In this document: one piece after another, positions 26,501 through 39,300 of the stretch
How the letters are laid out: the number at the start of each line of letters is the position of its first letter
How positions within the stretch are numbered: position 1 is the stretch's first letter
Origin: Seison nebaliae
Lineage: Eukaryota
Direction of reading: 5' to 3'
Assembly (NCBI GenBank): GCA_023231475.1
Contig: JALJEE010002021.1
Span: 62,001 to 106,488 of the forward strand
DNA length: 44,488 bases
Program-made: the position numbers and the translations under genes
The notes under the pieces: model-generated
Seen by the model: only the letters and a program-made list of their open reading frames with translations
Databases searched by the model: none
Told to the model about the DNA's origin: nothing

Positions 26501-29500
26501 ATTATTTTTCGCTATGTATCTCTCTATTCGATTGGTCTCTGTTTACCTACAATCCATCCCTTCAACTTTTCCACATAACGACTTTATTTTGTGTGTAGAC
26601 TGAACCGATCACCACCGTAATCAACTAGTGGAGTCTAGTCTCCAAAATACTTTAACCATTCCAAGTCTCCCAACTCGAAGACGAAGAAAGAATTTATTAA
26701 TAAAACGAAAACATATTCACAGAGTTCAAACTTTATCTACAATTTCTCATGAGCAGAATGTGAAAAAAGAGAAAATCATTTCTCCTCAATCTCAATGTTT
26801 GTCTTCCCTAATTTCTTTCTTTCTTTTTTTGATATAATTTTTTGTTGTGGTCTACTAAAGCGGTTTTTAGTTAATAAAGAAATTCTGATCTTTCTGATCA
26901 CATCTTATTTTCTGTCTCTATCTGGATCATTATATTTTCCGTCCTGAAGGAACGAACCGTTTTCGGCAGTTTACAGTTTTACTCTAAAAAAAAAAGGAAT
27001 TCTCTTTTTTCACGTCCATATTTAATGGAGAATTGTTTCTCCTTCTAATTGAAATGGAAGAAATTCGGTGGAATAATATATATCTTGAAATAATTGCTTA
27101 TGGAAAAGGAAAAAGGTTCATCGGGAGAATGTTCAAAATGATTACATTCGATTCGAACGATATGTGATCTTAATACGATAAATTTCTTTATTTATTTATT
27201 CTCTATTAATTATATTGATAAGTAAATAGTCGTCCTAATCCAAGATTGGAATGATCAGGAATATCTGAATGAAAAGAAAAAACCTTAAAGGAAAATCTGA
27301 AACTAATTGGAATTCATTCTCTCTCAAATTTCCATCATCATCATCATCATCGTGATGGTGAGTGAGAGAAATGGATGATATATTCATACACAAATAAATG
27401 GATAAGATGAAGATAATATCTTTCTATAAATATAAACAAATAAATTCATCGTTTTGACATGACTTTCATTCTGCTTCCCCTCTCTCATATCTTACTCGCA
27501 ATTTAGTTTGATTCCCATTCAACTATGTCTCATTTTGTTACTTTTATTTCAATTGTTTCCCTTCAATCTCATCACTCGCGTTTGAAAGTTGTATCGAAAT
27601 AAATCTCAATCTTTCTTTCTTGCTTATCCAAAACTTCTTTTTCTCAAGATTCTCTAACAGAGTAAGTCAAGACGATATTGCTTTTCCTAATCTTTATTCT
27701 TCGTTTCGTCGTTCGGTTTATGTGAAACAATAAGAACATTAACAACAACAACAATAACAACAATGATATCTGTATCGATTGGGAATTATGAAAATTATGT
27801 CAAGATTTAATGGAAAATGTTGTTCAATTTAATATTGGGCAGAATTTGACAATATTAAAAAATTTAATATCTTAACACATTCCTCCATAATCTCACAAAG
27901 AATGAAAATTTGGAATTGAGAAGAAAATGCTTATTCTTCTCAATTTCTTTATATGTTTCTGAAGGAGGAAATCTCGATTTCTTGTAATGTTACACAATAA
28001 GACTTCTCACATGATTTTCTTATAAAGATAAATAAGATATATTCATTTAACCAAATAAACTGGAATATGAGAGAAATTATGAAATTATTTCCGTAATTAC
28101 ATGATTGATTTTTCGAGTATCGGTATGGAATGGCACAAAACAGCCATTTTTCAACTGAACGCAAAAATTGTCAAATAAACAAATGGGAATAAATTAATAT
28201 ACGATAAAAAAATTTTCATGAAAATTTTTAACGAGTTTCATTTTCGAAATTTATTTATTTTATTATCAAAAATTCAATAATCTGATAACGATCTGATGAT
28301 AATGGAATTAATTATTAATTAATTTTTCCGAATAATTATTTTTCCGAAAACATGTTCCAATCATCTTTTCGATGAGAATAGAATGAAATAGAAGAATGGT
28401 AAAGTAAATAAATAGAGTGAAGGAATTTGAGGTGGAAGAAAGTGGGGAAGGAATTGCAGAAGAAAATCATTTAATTCATTTCGAATGTTCGTCTTTTTTC
28501 TTCAGTCATTCAATGAATTAGTCAAAAATTGGGTTTCTTCCAATTTTATTGAGTATGTTTACTCTATCATTGTGACTACATTCATCTTATTTAGTAATTT
28601 TGTCACCATTTCTAATGGAATCAACGGAAAAGTGAACGACCTTCCATTCTCTTTTCCATCATTTCATGCAGAATTTATCTGAATGAGTCTAATTATAACC
28701 ATCATGATTAGTATTAGTTACTGGAGGAATAGTTGTTTCATTTTTTTCTCATATTCAAAACAGATGACGACGACATGAGATGATGGGAAACCAGCAGATA
28801 TGAATTTTATGATAATTTGAGAATTTATCATTCTCATTTTCGATTAATAACATATGAATAAATTAGAAAGGATGTTACCACTCGTCGTATAGAACACATA
28901 CACATACACACACACGTACTGCTCATTACTTCGGTGCAGAAAAAAGGGGAAATTGATGGAAAAGAAACATTTGTGACCTTCCCCCCAATAATAATAATCA
29001 TCATTGAGAGAATGGAAGGGGGAAACTTGTTAGAATAAATAGAATTATTTTCACTCTATGAACGACGAACCACACACAGGTACTCGTATGTGTTTAGTCA
29101 CACGATTTAGTAATAAGATGTGAATTGTTCAATTAAAAATTCTCAGCTGACTTCCATTCACCTTTTTCTCCTTTCAAGAATTATTCTGTTGAAGGAAAAT
29201 CCGATTTATTTTCCTACTTTATTATCAATACTCCATCAAACAATTCCAATTTATTATCATCGCCAGAGAAATTATAAATGGAATTATTTTCTTTGCAGAA
29301 TTAACATCATAAAAAATTCATAGAAGAGAGACGATGATACTGAAGAAAGTTTGGAGGAGGAGGGGAGAATCATTACAATTATACATTTGTCTTCTATTGT
29401 TTCGTCATATCGATTCAATTCTTTTCCAATTCTATGTAACAAAAAATTTCGACGGAAATCATCGAGGGAGTAAGAGAGATTTCCTCCTTCCCACGATTAA

Positions 29501-30248
29501 TCTCGATATGACCTCACACCGAAGTGTTCGTTCGATAAATAGGAAGAAATTCACCGAGAGAAACTTATTCAACTGATAAAGGAAAAGTTAAATAATCAAT
29601 TGATGGAATTTTCGTAAATTCTGCAAAACGAACAAAAGAAGAAATTTGTTGATGGAATTATTCGAAATTATTTCATGAAATGATTCATCTTCTTTATTTG
29701 TGATGAAATAATAATGATAACTATGTCCATCTCTTTTTATGGGATGAAGATCAATCGACTTATTATTGGAACGAATCTCAAAAGAACAATAAAGGAATCT
29801 TATGAGAAAAACAGAAATCTTAAACATAATCTTATGAAAGTGGAAGAAGAAGAAATTCCATTATTATTCCATTCACTTAATCGATTCTCATTAAGAAAGT
29901 TTAGAGAAAAGGTAGACATGGATGGATAGGATGGATGAGTGACACTTAAATGCCATTTTCCTTAATTCCCAATCACTCTTCTTCTTCTTCCATTTGTTGG
30001 AAATGTGAGTGATTGGTAGTCTATCGGAATGAGATGATTTTACTATGAACGTTTAATTTCACTTTCCATTTAGTCTCTATTTCATTTCAACTTTCATCCG
30101 ATCGTCATATCATCATTTCTTCTCCGACTCGAACTTTAATCCATTTTTTATTTTAACGTTCGAACTTGCTACTTTCCTTTCTTTCTCTTCTAATCTGACG
30201 ATGACAGAACAAATCTATCTTCATTTCATGAAATTTGATTCACCACTA

Positions 30249-30281
<33 letters not shown>

Positions 30282-30801
30282 ACACATTAATCCTGAGAGA
30301 GTGTTGTCTAAATTAAAATCATTTCTTAACCTGTCTTGACGATGGGAGCCGGTGCCCCACCAAAAATACCCGCTAACATCGCTTGTTTACTTTTGAATGA
30401 GTTCGCCGGCTTATTAGATGTCACTCCATTATTACGATTAATTTGTTGTTGTTGTTGTTGATGTGCTGGTTGTGGTTGTGATTGTTGAGTAGAATGATTT
30501 GATGGAATTGAACTTCCACCAGCTGTTATCGTTCCCGCATTCTCTAAAGAGAAATTTAATTTTTTTTTTATGAAAATCTTTTTTAACTTACAACCGATCG
30601 ATCGTTCACTTGTGTCTTCTTCAATCGACTCTTCAAATTCAAACTGTTTATGTCGTTGAATAATGCCGAACGACCACCACCACCTCCTCCACCCATATTA
30701 CTGAGGGATGGCGGTGGGGGAGGACCGGGAGGTGGAGGTGGTCCTCCCAAATCAGGAGGGGGTGGTGGCGGTGGCGGCGGTACTCCTCCACTGTTATACA
30801 T
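20576..30801 (-). CDS. WIPF: WASP-interacting protein (WIP/verprolin family), about 466 aa. Exons 30801-30588, 30543-30331, 21647-21336, 21281-20928, 20883-20576
   Basis: N-terminal poly-Pro and WH2 (GRSALFNDINS...LKKTQVNDRS), a second verprolin motif (LAGIFGG), a Pro/Gln-rich middle, and a C-terminal WASP-binding segment (ERFEFESWESLPPSIPY...LYPS). All four introns are phase 1 and the total of 1401 nt is in frame. Intron 2 is about 8.7 kb. Confidence 0.85.
21776..25054 (-). CDS. About 1090-codon low-complexity (Ser/Asn/Thr/His-rich) ORF inside WIP intron 2; probable alternative first coding exon of the WIP gene, otherwise a nested gene
   Basis: A 3.3-kb uninterrupted ORF in very AT-rich DNA, with an in-frame TAA just upstream of ATG 25054. 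A phase-1 donor AAG|GTGAAT at 21783 is compatible with the WIP exon-3 acceptor at 21648. Confidence 0.7.
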   Translation of the reverse strand: MANIRVSEQLRNCIQNTVASRRDFFLGVSLNKQNEQNKLSDINLKKESDEMKEIGGMEKELNISERLSDFAQTRELIKGKLHFSSNCVKEEGDSRNVQSKRISLNKSSTNCGEIRQRSRSGEKGNSNSTLSSSKMGEMKELLPIPNEVNGSNPSKSFCHQHTIKTNVLQLSIGDKNDDHIILHSSLKCGNDRRMSMNEENDNLSSYKLATNEIDELNRRIYDEDEHINHLHTNHHHHHQMKSIHTPDMKSILKTNHSQKLSERYENNMGKSSLLADIFRCISTTNLITTFTTVTSYQSNLSSTTIKDMMTGPITTAAIPSKLMKNSSSSSSQSGDKYEEINDENMMNSKSESTTSEHIFDVVQLSLTDGDFVEMGDGLSPKFPKNDDYGDSIATMLNLTDEIFYDSGNGSSSNDYTFSNRHVNISQYSHQKQQNKPSSLHYHQLATINGRRNNEENKSNDSPSSVYYSSSIDAVGLSQSLSVNQSNKQNKLINNEEELYDLIMENSTNNSDHSDKVVDNSPFELPPIHQQSRQITPIKKKKQRFDTFHKIYDHVSAGIRLPKNRSSQQFTTITTTISSPISTTISSSTKGTISSNDQSSSSSRSTSFFANLTGTVGRKRSKLKSSLQLSQLEQSSPSLTLNDTLTKSTICLTKDVKRQKSITTNNRRNKSKRRMFTIDLTNDSILSQALQLQKKKHRTPTPQPPPLPPTPPSISPLLQSNNNNNDGEEKEEMEMEKNLFSPDSLYKCLPDHSCTNHRRIQRTDEERINDNDDDDDDEYRTYEPLKKLKKKKNRRKSFIDNESMKVTEVQHSLNSSNNNIYKRYGNDDENYDENVPSSAYVLYDYHYHQQSKRQSKLPMASPGSSYLQPIQNVMESTPSSLMKKYQDADLSSLSSMSSDFDEDKIHRNFHCRTHGNYNDEEMRNEVPKISKNLTNEKFSIPNVSFDSIVKTISTIRHKTSNLLNRTSIEHMNQIFNDNQSLNRHRRRFSSTGTRRKKSIDKSSIVYLSTNVSSTYDYSTNEADNDIYRSSDHSQTYQTTKSIDDNDDFSEIIPDDISKFHSPLSENKPEYNISSDLLSEVFQELNLSLNEKGE
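30249..30281. repeat. Compound (CA)n(TA)n microsatellite near the 5' end of WIP intron 2
   Basis: Direct reading. Confidence 0.85.
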
Positions 30802-33368
30802 AATTTTATCTACTTCGAAAAATTTGAAGAGGATGAAAAAAAAATTTTTACATTCGTAATTTTCTGTTGAGAAGAAAGACGATTTATTGATAAGAATAAA
30901 ATTCAATAGAAATATTGATAAAGAAAGAAGAATTTTGATGAGAAAAAAAATAATTCAATGAATAAAGTTATTTTTTTGGTAGAAAGTGAACTTACATTAC
31001 CATAAATCATTTAGTGAATCATCTCCGAAATTTTCTGTTATTCCTTATTTCGATCGGCGTTCAGAAGAATAAACAAAATTATTTAATTTATTGTGTCATT
31101 TATTAAAAATTAATTTTTAATTAATTATCACGTTTTATTGAGGATGGTGAGTGAAATAGAACAATTTTAGTTTTCAAATTTTAAGTTTAACTCAATGAAA
31201 AATTATCATTTCTGATAATCGTCCTTGTCTATTTGAAATTGATAACAAATCACAAATTTTTCGTTAACAAACTCATTTTTCATTTAAACGTCAGAAAAAT
31301 AATTTTCTCCAACAACTACTTTTTCCACTTTTTCTTCTATTTACTTATTTGCATTAAAACTTTTTTCAAACTACTTAATAATTTCTTCAATTTTTAAAAT
31401 TTTAATTTTGAATTCTTTTCAATTCTAGCGCTATCTTCGGATTGATATTTTGATTTGAATATTATTATTCTCATTTCCCTTCTCAACAAATTAATTTTTT
31501 TGATAAAAAAAGGAAAACTTTATTAAAATTTTTTTAAATTTACATTATTTAATAAAATAAGCAATAAAAGTTTTATAAAAATAATAAAATAAAATTGAAT
31601 GACGAAAATGATGGAAATTTTCTTATAGAAGAGAAATAACATTAGTCCAAATATTCGAATGGGAAAATAATTAAAAAGGGAAACGGAAACCGAACGGTTT
31701 TTAATAAATCATGCTTCTTCTTCGACCATCGAATCGATGTGGCTAATATGTCGATATAGAGGTGGACATATTAATATATCGAACTATTTGTTATTACGTC
31801 AAATTTAATCATAAATTTTGTGATAAGTGCTTAGCCTAAATTATATGATTTCGTGCATGTCACATAAATTGATTATATGAGAATTCAAGTCCTTCAATTG
31901 CAAACGAGAAGCGAATTATTATTTGGACATAGAATAAAGAAATGAAGATAGAATGAAATTATTGGAGTTATTGATGGAATATTTATGATTTTTTGAAGGA
32001 ATTCTTCTTTCCATTTTTGAAATTGATAATTCTGCATAACTCATCAAATTTGTGCTCCACCAGGAAATATATTGAAGGAATGCTAATTCCCGACTTCTTC
32101 CAATGGATATCATAACTATGATATAATTTATAAATTTCCTGTCATATTTCTCCTCAATCATTCATTTCTCTTCCAATAAACTTTTCTCACATTCTTCTGT
32201 TATATGTATGAGAAATTTGTATGTAGAAGTGGAGTTATTTCTTTTCAAGTGCATGTTAATTCTTGTGCTATTTATTCATTCTCATTCCAAATCATTCGTC
32301 TTTGCCAACACGAGATGTTTATGGTGAAAAGATAAATTCTTCCCGATTCAATAGTATATGACATTAAAATTTTTTATGTTTGTTGTCGATCACTCATTTC
32401 AATTGGACATTGATAAATTATGATCGATTTCAAAGTCCATTCCGTTAACGAAACATTTTCTTGTTCACACATCCTTTTCTTCTCACGTGCGAATGAGAAC
32501 GTCGTCGAAGACGTTCTCACAAAATCTCTGTTTGAACTTGTGTTGAAGAAAAATAAATAAAATCCAGAATTTTTAGAGGATCCATAATCGTTCCACTCGA
32601 CGATACTCCCATTCTCCCCCTTCCAAGATGAAACAATTATATTAATTGTACTTACTCAAATTGCGTCTCCAAACGTCTTTCTTTTCTTCTTTCGCTAATT
32701 TTCTCAAGTCATTGGGAAAATTAATGATTTGCATATACTAAAGAAAGGAGAGATTGTCGTTGTCATTTTTTTTACTCGAGAAAGAAAAAAATAGTTCATT
32801 ATTCGGTCTGCATCGTGAAGGAAATTAATTTAATCTTTATTTCGCTTCATGTGTGTTCAATTTTTTTTTCTCATAAAAACGAGTTACGTTAAATTACATA
32901 AGACGGCTATGAACGAGACGTAAGGGAAATAACATCTGTCCGTCCAAATTTTAGAAAGAAATAATTAAAATTAAATTTTGTAATTTTTGACGTCGATAAC
33001 GTTTTCATTTTTTGAGAGGAGGAAGGAGATGAATTTCATAAAAGAAACAGCTGTCCAATTCTCACTTTGTTTATCGGTTGAACGATATTGCTAATCTAAA
33101 AAGAAGAAATTGATAATGTTGTCTCAATTGTGCTGATTCCGTGATGATTATGTAATTTTTTTTAGTGCTCAAAAGAATGAGATTCGTATGAGATTGAGAG
33201 TTTGTAGGAAGATAAATACATCAATTCAATTTTCCTTCCGTAAACTTTTCTGTTTATTTAGCAGATGAAATTTCAAAAGAGAAAGTAAATTTACCTGAAT
33301 GTGAAGAGAACATATTAAAATAAAGGAAAGAATCACATTCCATTACCGAATTCGAATAGAAGTTCATT

Positions 33369-36300
33369 ATGAGACGGAATGAATATCCGTTACAACCTTT
33401 GGATTCATCAGAAATTCAACTCGTTGTTAATGAAACGGAAATGAAAAATGGAAATAAATTAAATCGACTAATCGCATTAGCCATCGTCATATGCATCGCT
33501 TTCATCGGTTGTATTCTCGTGACGCATTTCGTTACAAAGAATCAATACAAAAATAAGAATGATGCTCTAAATAAATTACCGAAAGAAGACGTAAGAGAAT
33601 ATGTTTGTACGTCACCGAATCGATTGAGAGAATATCAGTTACTTTATTGTGACAAATCTTTCACCGCTTCCACATCCAAACCAGATGTAATTCTTTCTAC
33701 AACACCACATGAAGAAACGACACCATCACTAGTTACTGTGACTGGTGAACCGGAACAAAATGAAACGATAAAAACGATTTTGGCTCGACTACCTCGAGAT
33801 GTTATGCCGATCGAATATGATATATTCGTATCGGTCGATTTTCGAAGAGTTGACACAAACAAACAATATCCATTTTCAGGAAAAGTTTGTATTTTTTCAT
33901 TTGATATTTCTCATTTAATTATTAATTAATTTTCACTCCGATTAATATGAAGTTCTGTAAAATTGTTTTATTTTCTTTTCATTTATTCTCCTTCTTTTTT
34001 AGACGACAGTTGTTGTCGAATGTAAAAAAGTTACAGATGAGATTTTGTTGAATGTTTTAGATTTGACGATAGAGAACGTGGTGATTCGTTTAGTTGGGTC
34101 GACTGATGATTTATTGAAGGAATATGAAGTTCATAATGACGAGCAATTTATTTCGGTCAAAACAAAAAATAAATTGACAATTGATAAAAAATATGAAATT
34201 ATCTTCACTTTTACCAGTTTGTTGAATCGACACAATGCTGGACTTTATTATTCGAGTTATAAGGAGAATGCTATGGTACATCACATCGCTGCAACTCAAA
34301 TGGAGCCGGTTGATGCTCGGAGAATGTTTCCATGTTTCGATGAACCAGATATGAAAGCCAATTTTACGATAAGTGTCGAACACGAGACCACATATGGTTG
34401 TATTTCAAATATGAAGAAGAAAAGTGAGGACAATTCAGAGAATGGTATGAAAATAACGAAATTTAAAAAATCGCCAAAAATGTCGACATATTTGGTGGCT
34501 TTAGTAATTTCAAAATTCGACGTATTGGAAGGAAAAACGAGAAGCGATGTTAATATTCGAGTTTGGTGTCAGAAATTGAAAATAAAATCAGCCGAATTTC
34601 CATTACAATTAGCGATTAAGTTGACGGATAAATTCGGGGAGTATTACAAGACTCCGTTTCCGTTGGAGAAACAGGATATGATTGCTTTGCCTGATTTTTC
34701 AGAAGGTGCCATGGAAAATTGGGGTTTGATCACTTATCGTGAGAGTAGATTGTTAGTGGATGAAGCAACTAGTTCCACACTCGACAAACAATATGTGGCA
34801 CAAGTTGTTTCACATGAATTGGCACATCAATGGTTTGGGAATTTGGTCACACCGAAGTGGTGGGATGACTTATGGTTAAATGAAGGTTTCGCTCGCTACA
34901 TCGAATATTGGGGTGTCAATGACCTTTATCCGGAATATGAGATGATGAATCAATTCATTATTAAACGTCATTTAGATGTGATGTTGATTGATGGTAAGAG
35001 AAATAGTCATCCGGTGACAGTTCCCGTAAAACAACCGATGGAAATTAATGAAATATTCGATTCTATTTCGTATAGTAAAGGCGCATCGATGATAAGAATG
35101 ATGGTGAATTTCTTATCGGAGGAAATGGTGAGAAACGGTCTCCAATATTATCTCTCCACTTACGCTTATGATAATACGGATCAATATCATTTGTGGAGTT
35201 CGATGGATCATATGGAACCGCAAGGTCTTCCCGACACCGTTCGAGAAATTATGAAGAGATGGACGAATCAAATGGGTTTCCCTATCATTCATTTCAATTC
35301 GGAAACGGACGAATTAACACAACATCGTTTTATTTATCCCACATCAAATCAAAATGAATCCTCATCAGAAATCAAATATCCGAGTGCATATAATTACGAA
35401 TGGATTATCCCAATTCACATAACGACTGATTTGGATAATAAAATCATTTGGCTGAAAGATAAGAAGATGACGATAGAAACAGAAGATCTTGACAAAAAGA
35501 ATTTTTATCTTTTTAATGCCGACGCTTTCGCTTTTATTCGAGTGAAATATGATGAGAAAAATTATCAACAAATCACTAAAAGACTTAAAGAAGATCATCA
35601 TCAATTTTCCGTTGGAACACGAGCACAATTATTATCGGATGCTTCCGAATTAGCTGCCGCTTATGAGATCGATATGAAAATATTCCTGGAAATGACTCTC
35701 TATCTCGCCAAACCGGAAACACATTCTGGTATTTGGGATTTGGTGGCAGGTAATTTGGTTGATATCAACGCCCGATTGCGGCCATTTAAGTCGTATGAAT
35801 TATTTCAAAATTATTTGAAATATATCACCAAACCAATTTTGTTGAATGTGGGATGGGAACCGAAACCGACCGACGAACCACTAGACACATATGTTCGTAA
35901 TACGATATTGATGTTAAATTGCAAAATCCATCAATCGGAATGTCGGGAATATATTACGAAATTATTCAATAAATGGAAATCCGATCCTACTAACAATCCG
36001 ATTCCACCAGATCAGCGAGATTTAGTTTATTGTTTCGCTTTACGATTGGGAAATAGTTCGGATTGGCATTTCTTATTAAATAATTTCCTCAACTCTGATA
36101 ATCTCCCAATCAGCGAATTGAATAAACAATTATTAGCATTGCCATGTACGAGAGAGCCGTGGTTATTGGAAAAGTTGATATTATTTTAAAAAATATTTTG
36201 TTGATTCACTTATTTCAAGATTATTGAAAGAAGCAATTGTTACGAAACAATTCGTTCGATTACAAGATTCATTGAGTGTTATCATCAAAGTAGCGAAATC

Positions 36301-39300
36301 ACCATACGGCTCCCAATTGGCATGGAAATATGTAAAGAAATATTATAAACAATTATACGAATCGTTCGAATTCTATTCTAATTTGTTCTCTAATTTTCGG
36401 TCCTGAATCGTCCAGTTTAGGCCAAACGGGCGGTTTCGGACGAATGATTCGGGCCTTCGCCGAAGTATTTTCTGATGAAGGAATGAAACAAGAAGTTCGT
36501 TTTCTTTTTGACAATATTTTTGATGGGATGATTGATAGTTTGTTGAATTAGGAAAGATGGCTAAACTGAATAATATGGAAGGAACGGCTGCCATTCAATT
36601 TCAGGCCGGAATCGATAATATTGATTTGAATATTGGATGGTTGAAGAAAATTCGACCACAAATTGAAGATTGGCTACAAAAGAATTTCGATGGCAATTCA
36701 ACATTGCAACCGATAAAAAATGATATTCGCTTATCCAAAGATATTATACCGATTAGTTATACGATTGAATTGGAACCATTCCTTAATGAGGATGATGAGA
36801 ATGCTTATAAGTTTAACGGAAAGAATACGATAACCTTCGAATGTGAGAAACCCACAAAAACCATCGAATTACATTGGAAGAATTTGATGTTCCGAGAGAA
36901 TTTGACCACGGAAGAACCGGCGACTAATGTGCCAGTTCCGCGAGAAGTCTTCGCTTTGAAAGAAGTGGCGAATGGAGAAGAAGTACAAATAGTTTCGTGG
37001 AAGAAAAATCCCAGAAATGACATTTTGACCTTGAGGTTGGATAACATTTTGAAAAAAAACGGAAAATATAATTTAATGGTGAAATATGACGGAATCATTA
37101 ACGATCTCTTAGCAGGTTGGTACAAAGCAAAATATACAAATTCGAAAGGAATCGAAACTTATTTGGCCACTTCTCATTGTCAACCGGCGAATGCACGTAA
37201 AATTTTTCCATGCTTCGACGAACCGGAATTAAAAGCGAAAATTATATTGACAGTCACTCACGATAAAGAACTGAAATGTTTATCGAATGGGAAACTGGAA
37301 ACGAGTAAAGAAGTTGGAGAGGATAAATTAGAAAGTTCATTTGAAACCACACCAAAAATGTCGACGTACTTGTTCGCCATTGTTGTTGGTGATGTTGAAT
37401 GTAAAAACGAGACGGTTAAATCCGCTAACGGAAAAGACGTTGAAATAAGTGCGTGTGCCGAACCCGAAAAGATTGAAGGTGTTTCTTACGCTTTGGAAAT
37501 AGCGACAAAAGTGTTACCATATTATGAGAAATTGTTCAACATTCCATATCCGTTGAGTAAGATGCATATGTTGGCCGTTTCGGCTTTTAATGCTGGTGCC
37601 ATGGAGAATTGGGGATTAATAATCTATCGTGAAACGGCAATGTTGTATGACCCAACTGTTAATTCGATTAGTAATAAATATCGTGTGGCGGAGGTGGTAG
37701 CTCACGAATGGGCACATCAATGGTTCGGTAATTTAGTTACACCGAAATGGTGGGATGAAATTTGGTTGAATGAAGGTTTCGCTTCATTTATGGAGTATTT
37801 AGGTGTGGACGAATCAGAAAAATTATGGAAAGCACAAAATCGTATGGTAACAACTGTCGTTCAAACGATAATGGAAGACGACGCGGTCGCCACTTCATTA
37901 CCAGTTTACCGTCCCATCCATAATGTGGACGAAGTGAATCAAGCGTTCGATTATATCGTTTATGATAAAGGTTGTTCAATTCTAAGAATGTTGAAAGGAT
38001 TCCTCACCAAAGACGTGTTCTATGAAGGAATCTCCGAATATTTGAAAGAGTTTTTGTATAGTGCGACGGTGGGTGAAGAATTATGGAGTTCTTTAACGAA
38101 AACGGCTCATGAAAAAAATTTCCTACCTGCAGATAAAAACGTTTCGTCCATTATGCATAATTGGATACAGAAAAGTGGATTTCCTGTAATCAATGTAAAA
38201 CAATTGGAGAATAATAAAGTCCAATTGAAACAACGTCGATATCTGTCAACGACTTTGGCAAAAAACGATGAGACTCTTTGGCAAGTTCCAATTACATATC
38301 GAATAATCAAGAATGCCAATCGAGAAGAGTCTGAAAATATCGTTTGGTTAGATGATAAAGAAGCCGAATATGATTGGAAATTAGAGAAAGAATCTGTCGT
38401 TATTCTCAATCGTCATCATGACGGTTTTTACCGAGTGAATTATGATAAAGAAAATTGGATGAAAATCACTGAATATCTACAGACTAATCCGGAAGAATTT
38501 GAAGAGATTGAAAAATCATTATTATTTGATGATTCTCTTTCTTTATTCATATCAGGTCATATCAATCCAAAAATTCCATTCGATTTACTTCAATATTTGA
38601 AAAATGGTAAATTAATTTTTTTTGTCTCTTTTTAACATTTTTCCTTTTGCAGGAACGGAAACTTCCAGTAATGTGGCGAGGACTCTTGTTTATAAATTCA
38701 GTACAATAAACGACAAATTGTATTTCCAACCGTCTTATCAAAGTTTCAAGAAGTTGATCCGATCATATTTCAATTCATATTATTCCGACAATTTATTCGA
38801 TTTCCAACCAACAAATGACATCAATCAAGTTTCAATTTCCTTTCTTAATTTAAAAAAAAAATCTTTTTTCAAGGTCGATTTCCAACGATATATCGTATCA
38901 TTATCTTGCGGATATAATGTGGAAGGATGTCGATCAGAAGCACGACGCCGATATTTAGAATGGAGAACGAATGGAACGGAAATGTTAGTAAAATTATTTA
39001 TAATTTCAATATAATTTCCTCGAAGTAATTCGAATGTTCGAACCATCGTTTTATGTTACGGTGCTATCAAAGAAGGAACAAGTGAAGATTGGGAGTATAT
39101 TAAAGGCCGGTATATGGAAGAGAAAAATGCAGCAGAAAAATCAAAATTTGGCGCTGCCCTCGGATGTACCAATTCCATGAATATCGTGAGAAGGTTTTAG
39201 CAAGTCTCTAGAAATTTAATCGTAATTTGTTGAAGATTATTAACCATGTCGACGAATGGAGAAATAAAAAATTCAGAAATTTCAACAGTTATCGGTTACG

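Noticed and set aside
25350..29929. Short ORFs within WIP intron 2 (e.g. 26380-26598, 26628-26837, 29334-29576)
   Set aside because: No recognisable motifs, composition typical of AT-rich non-coding DNA, and no consistent splice phases found
30650..30859. Gly-rich plus-strand ORF
   Set aside because: Antisense of the WIP poly-Pro exon
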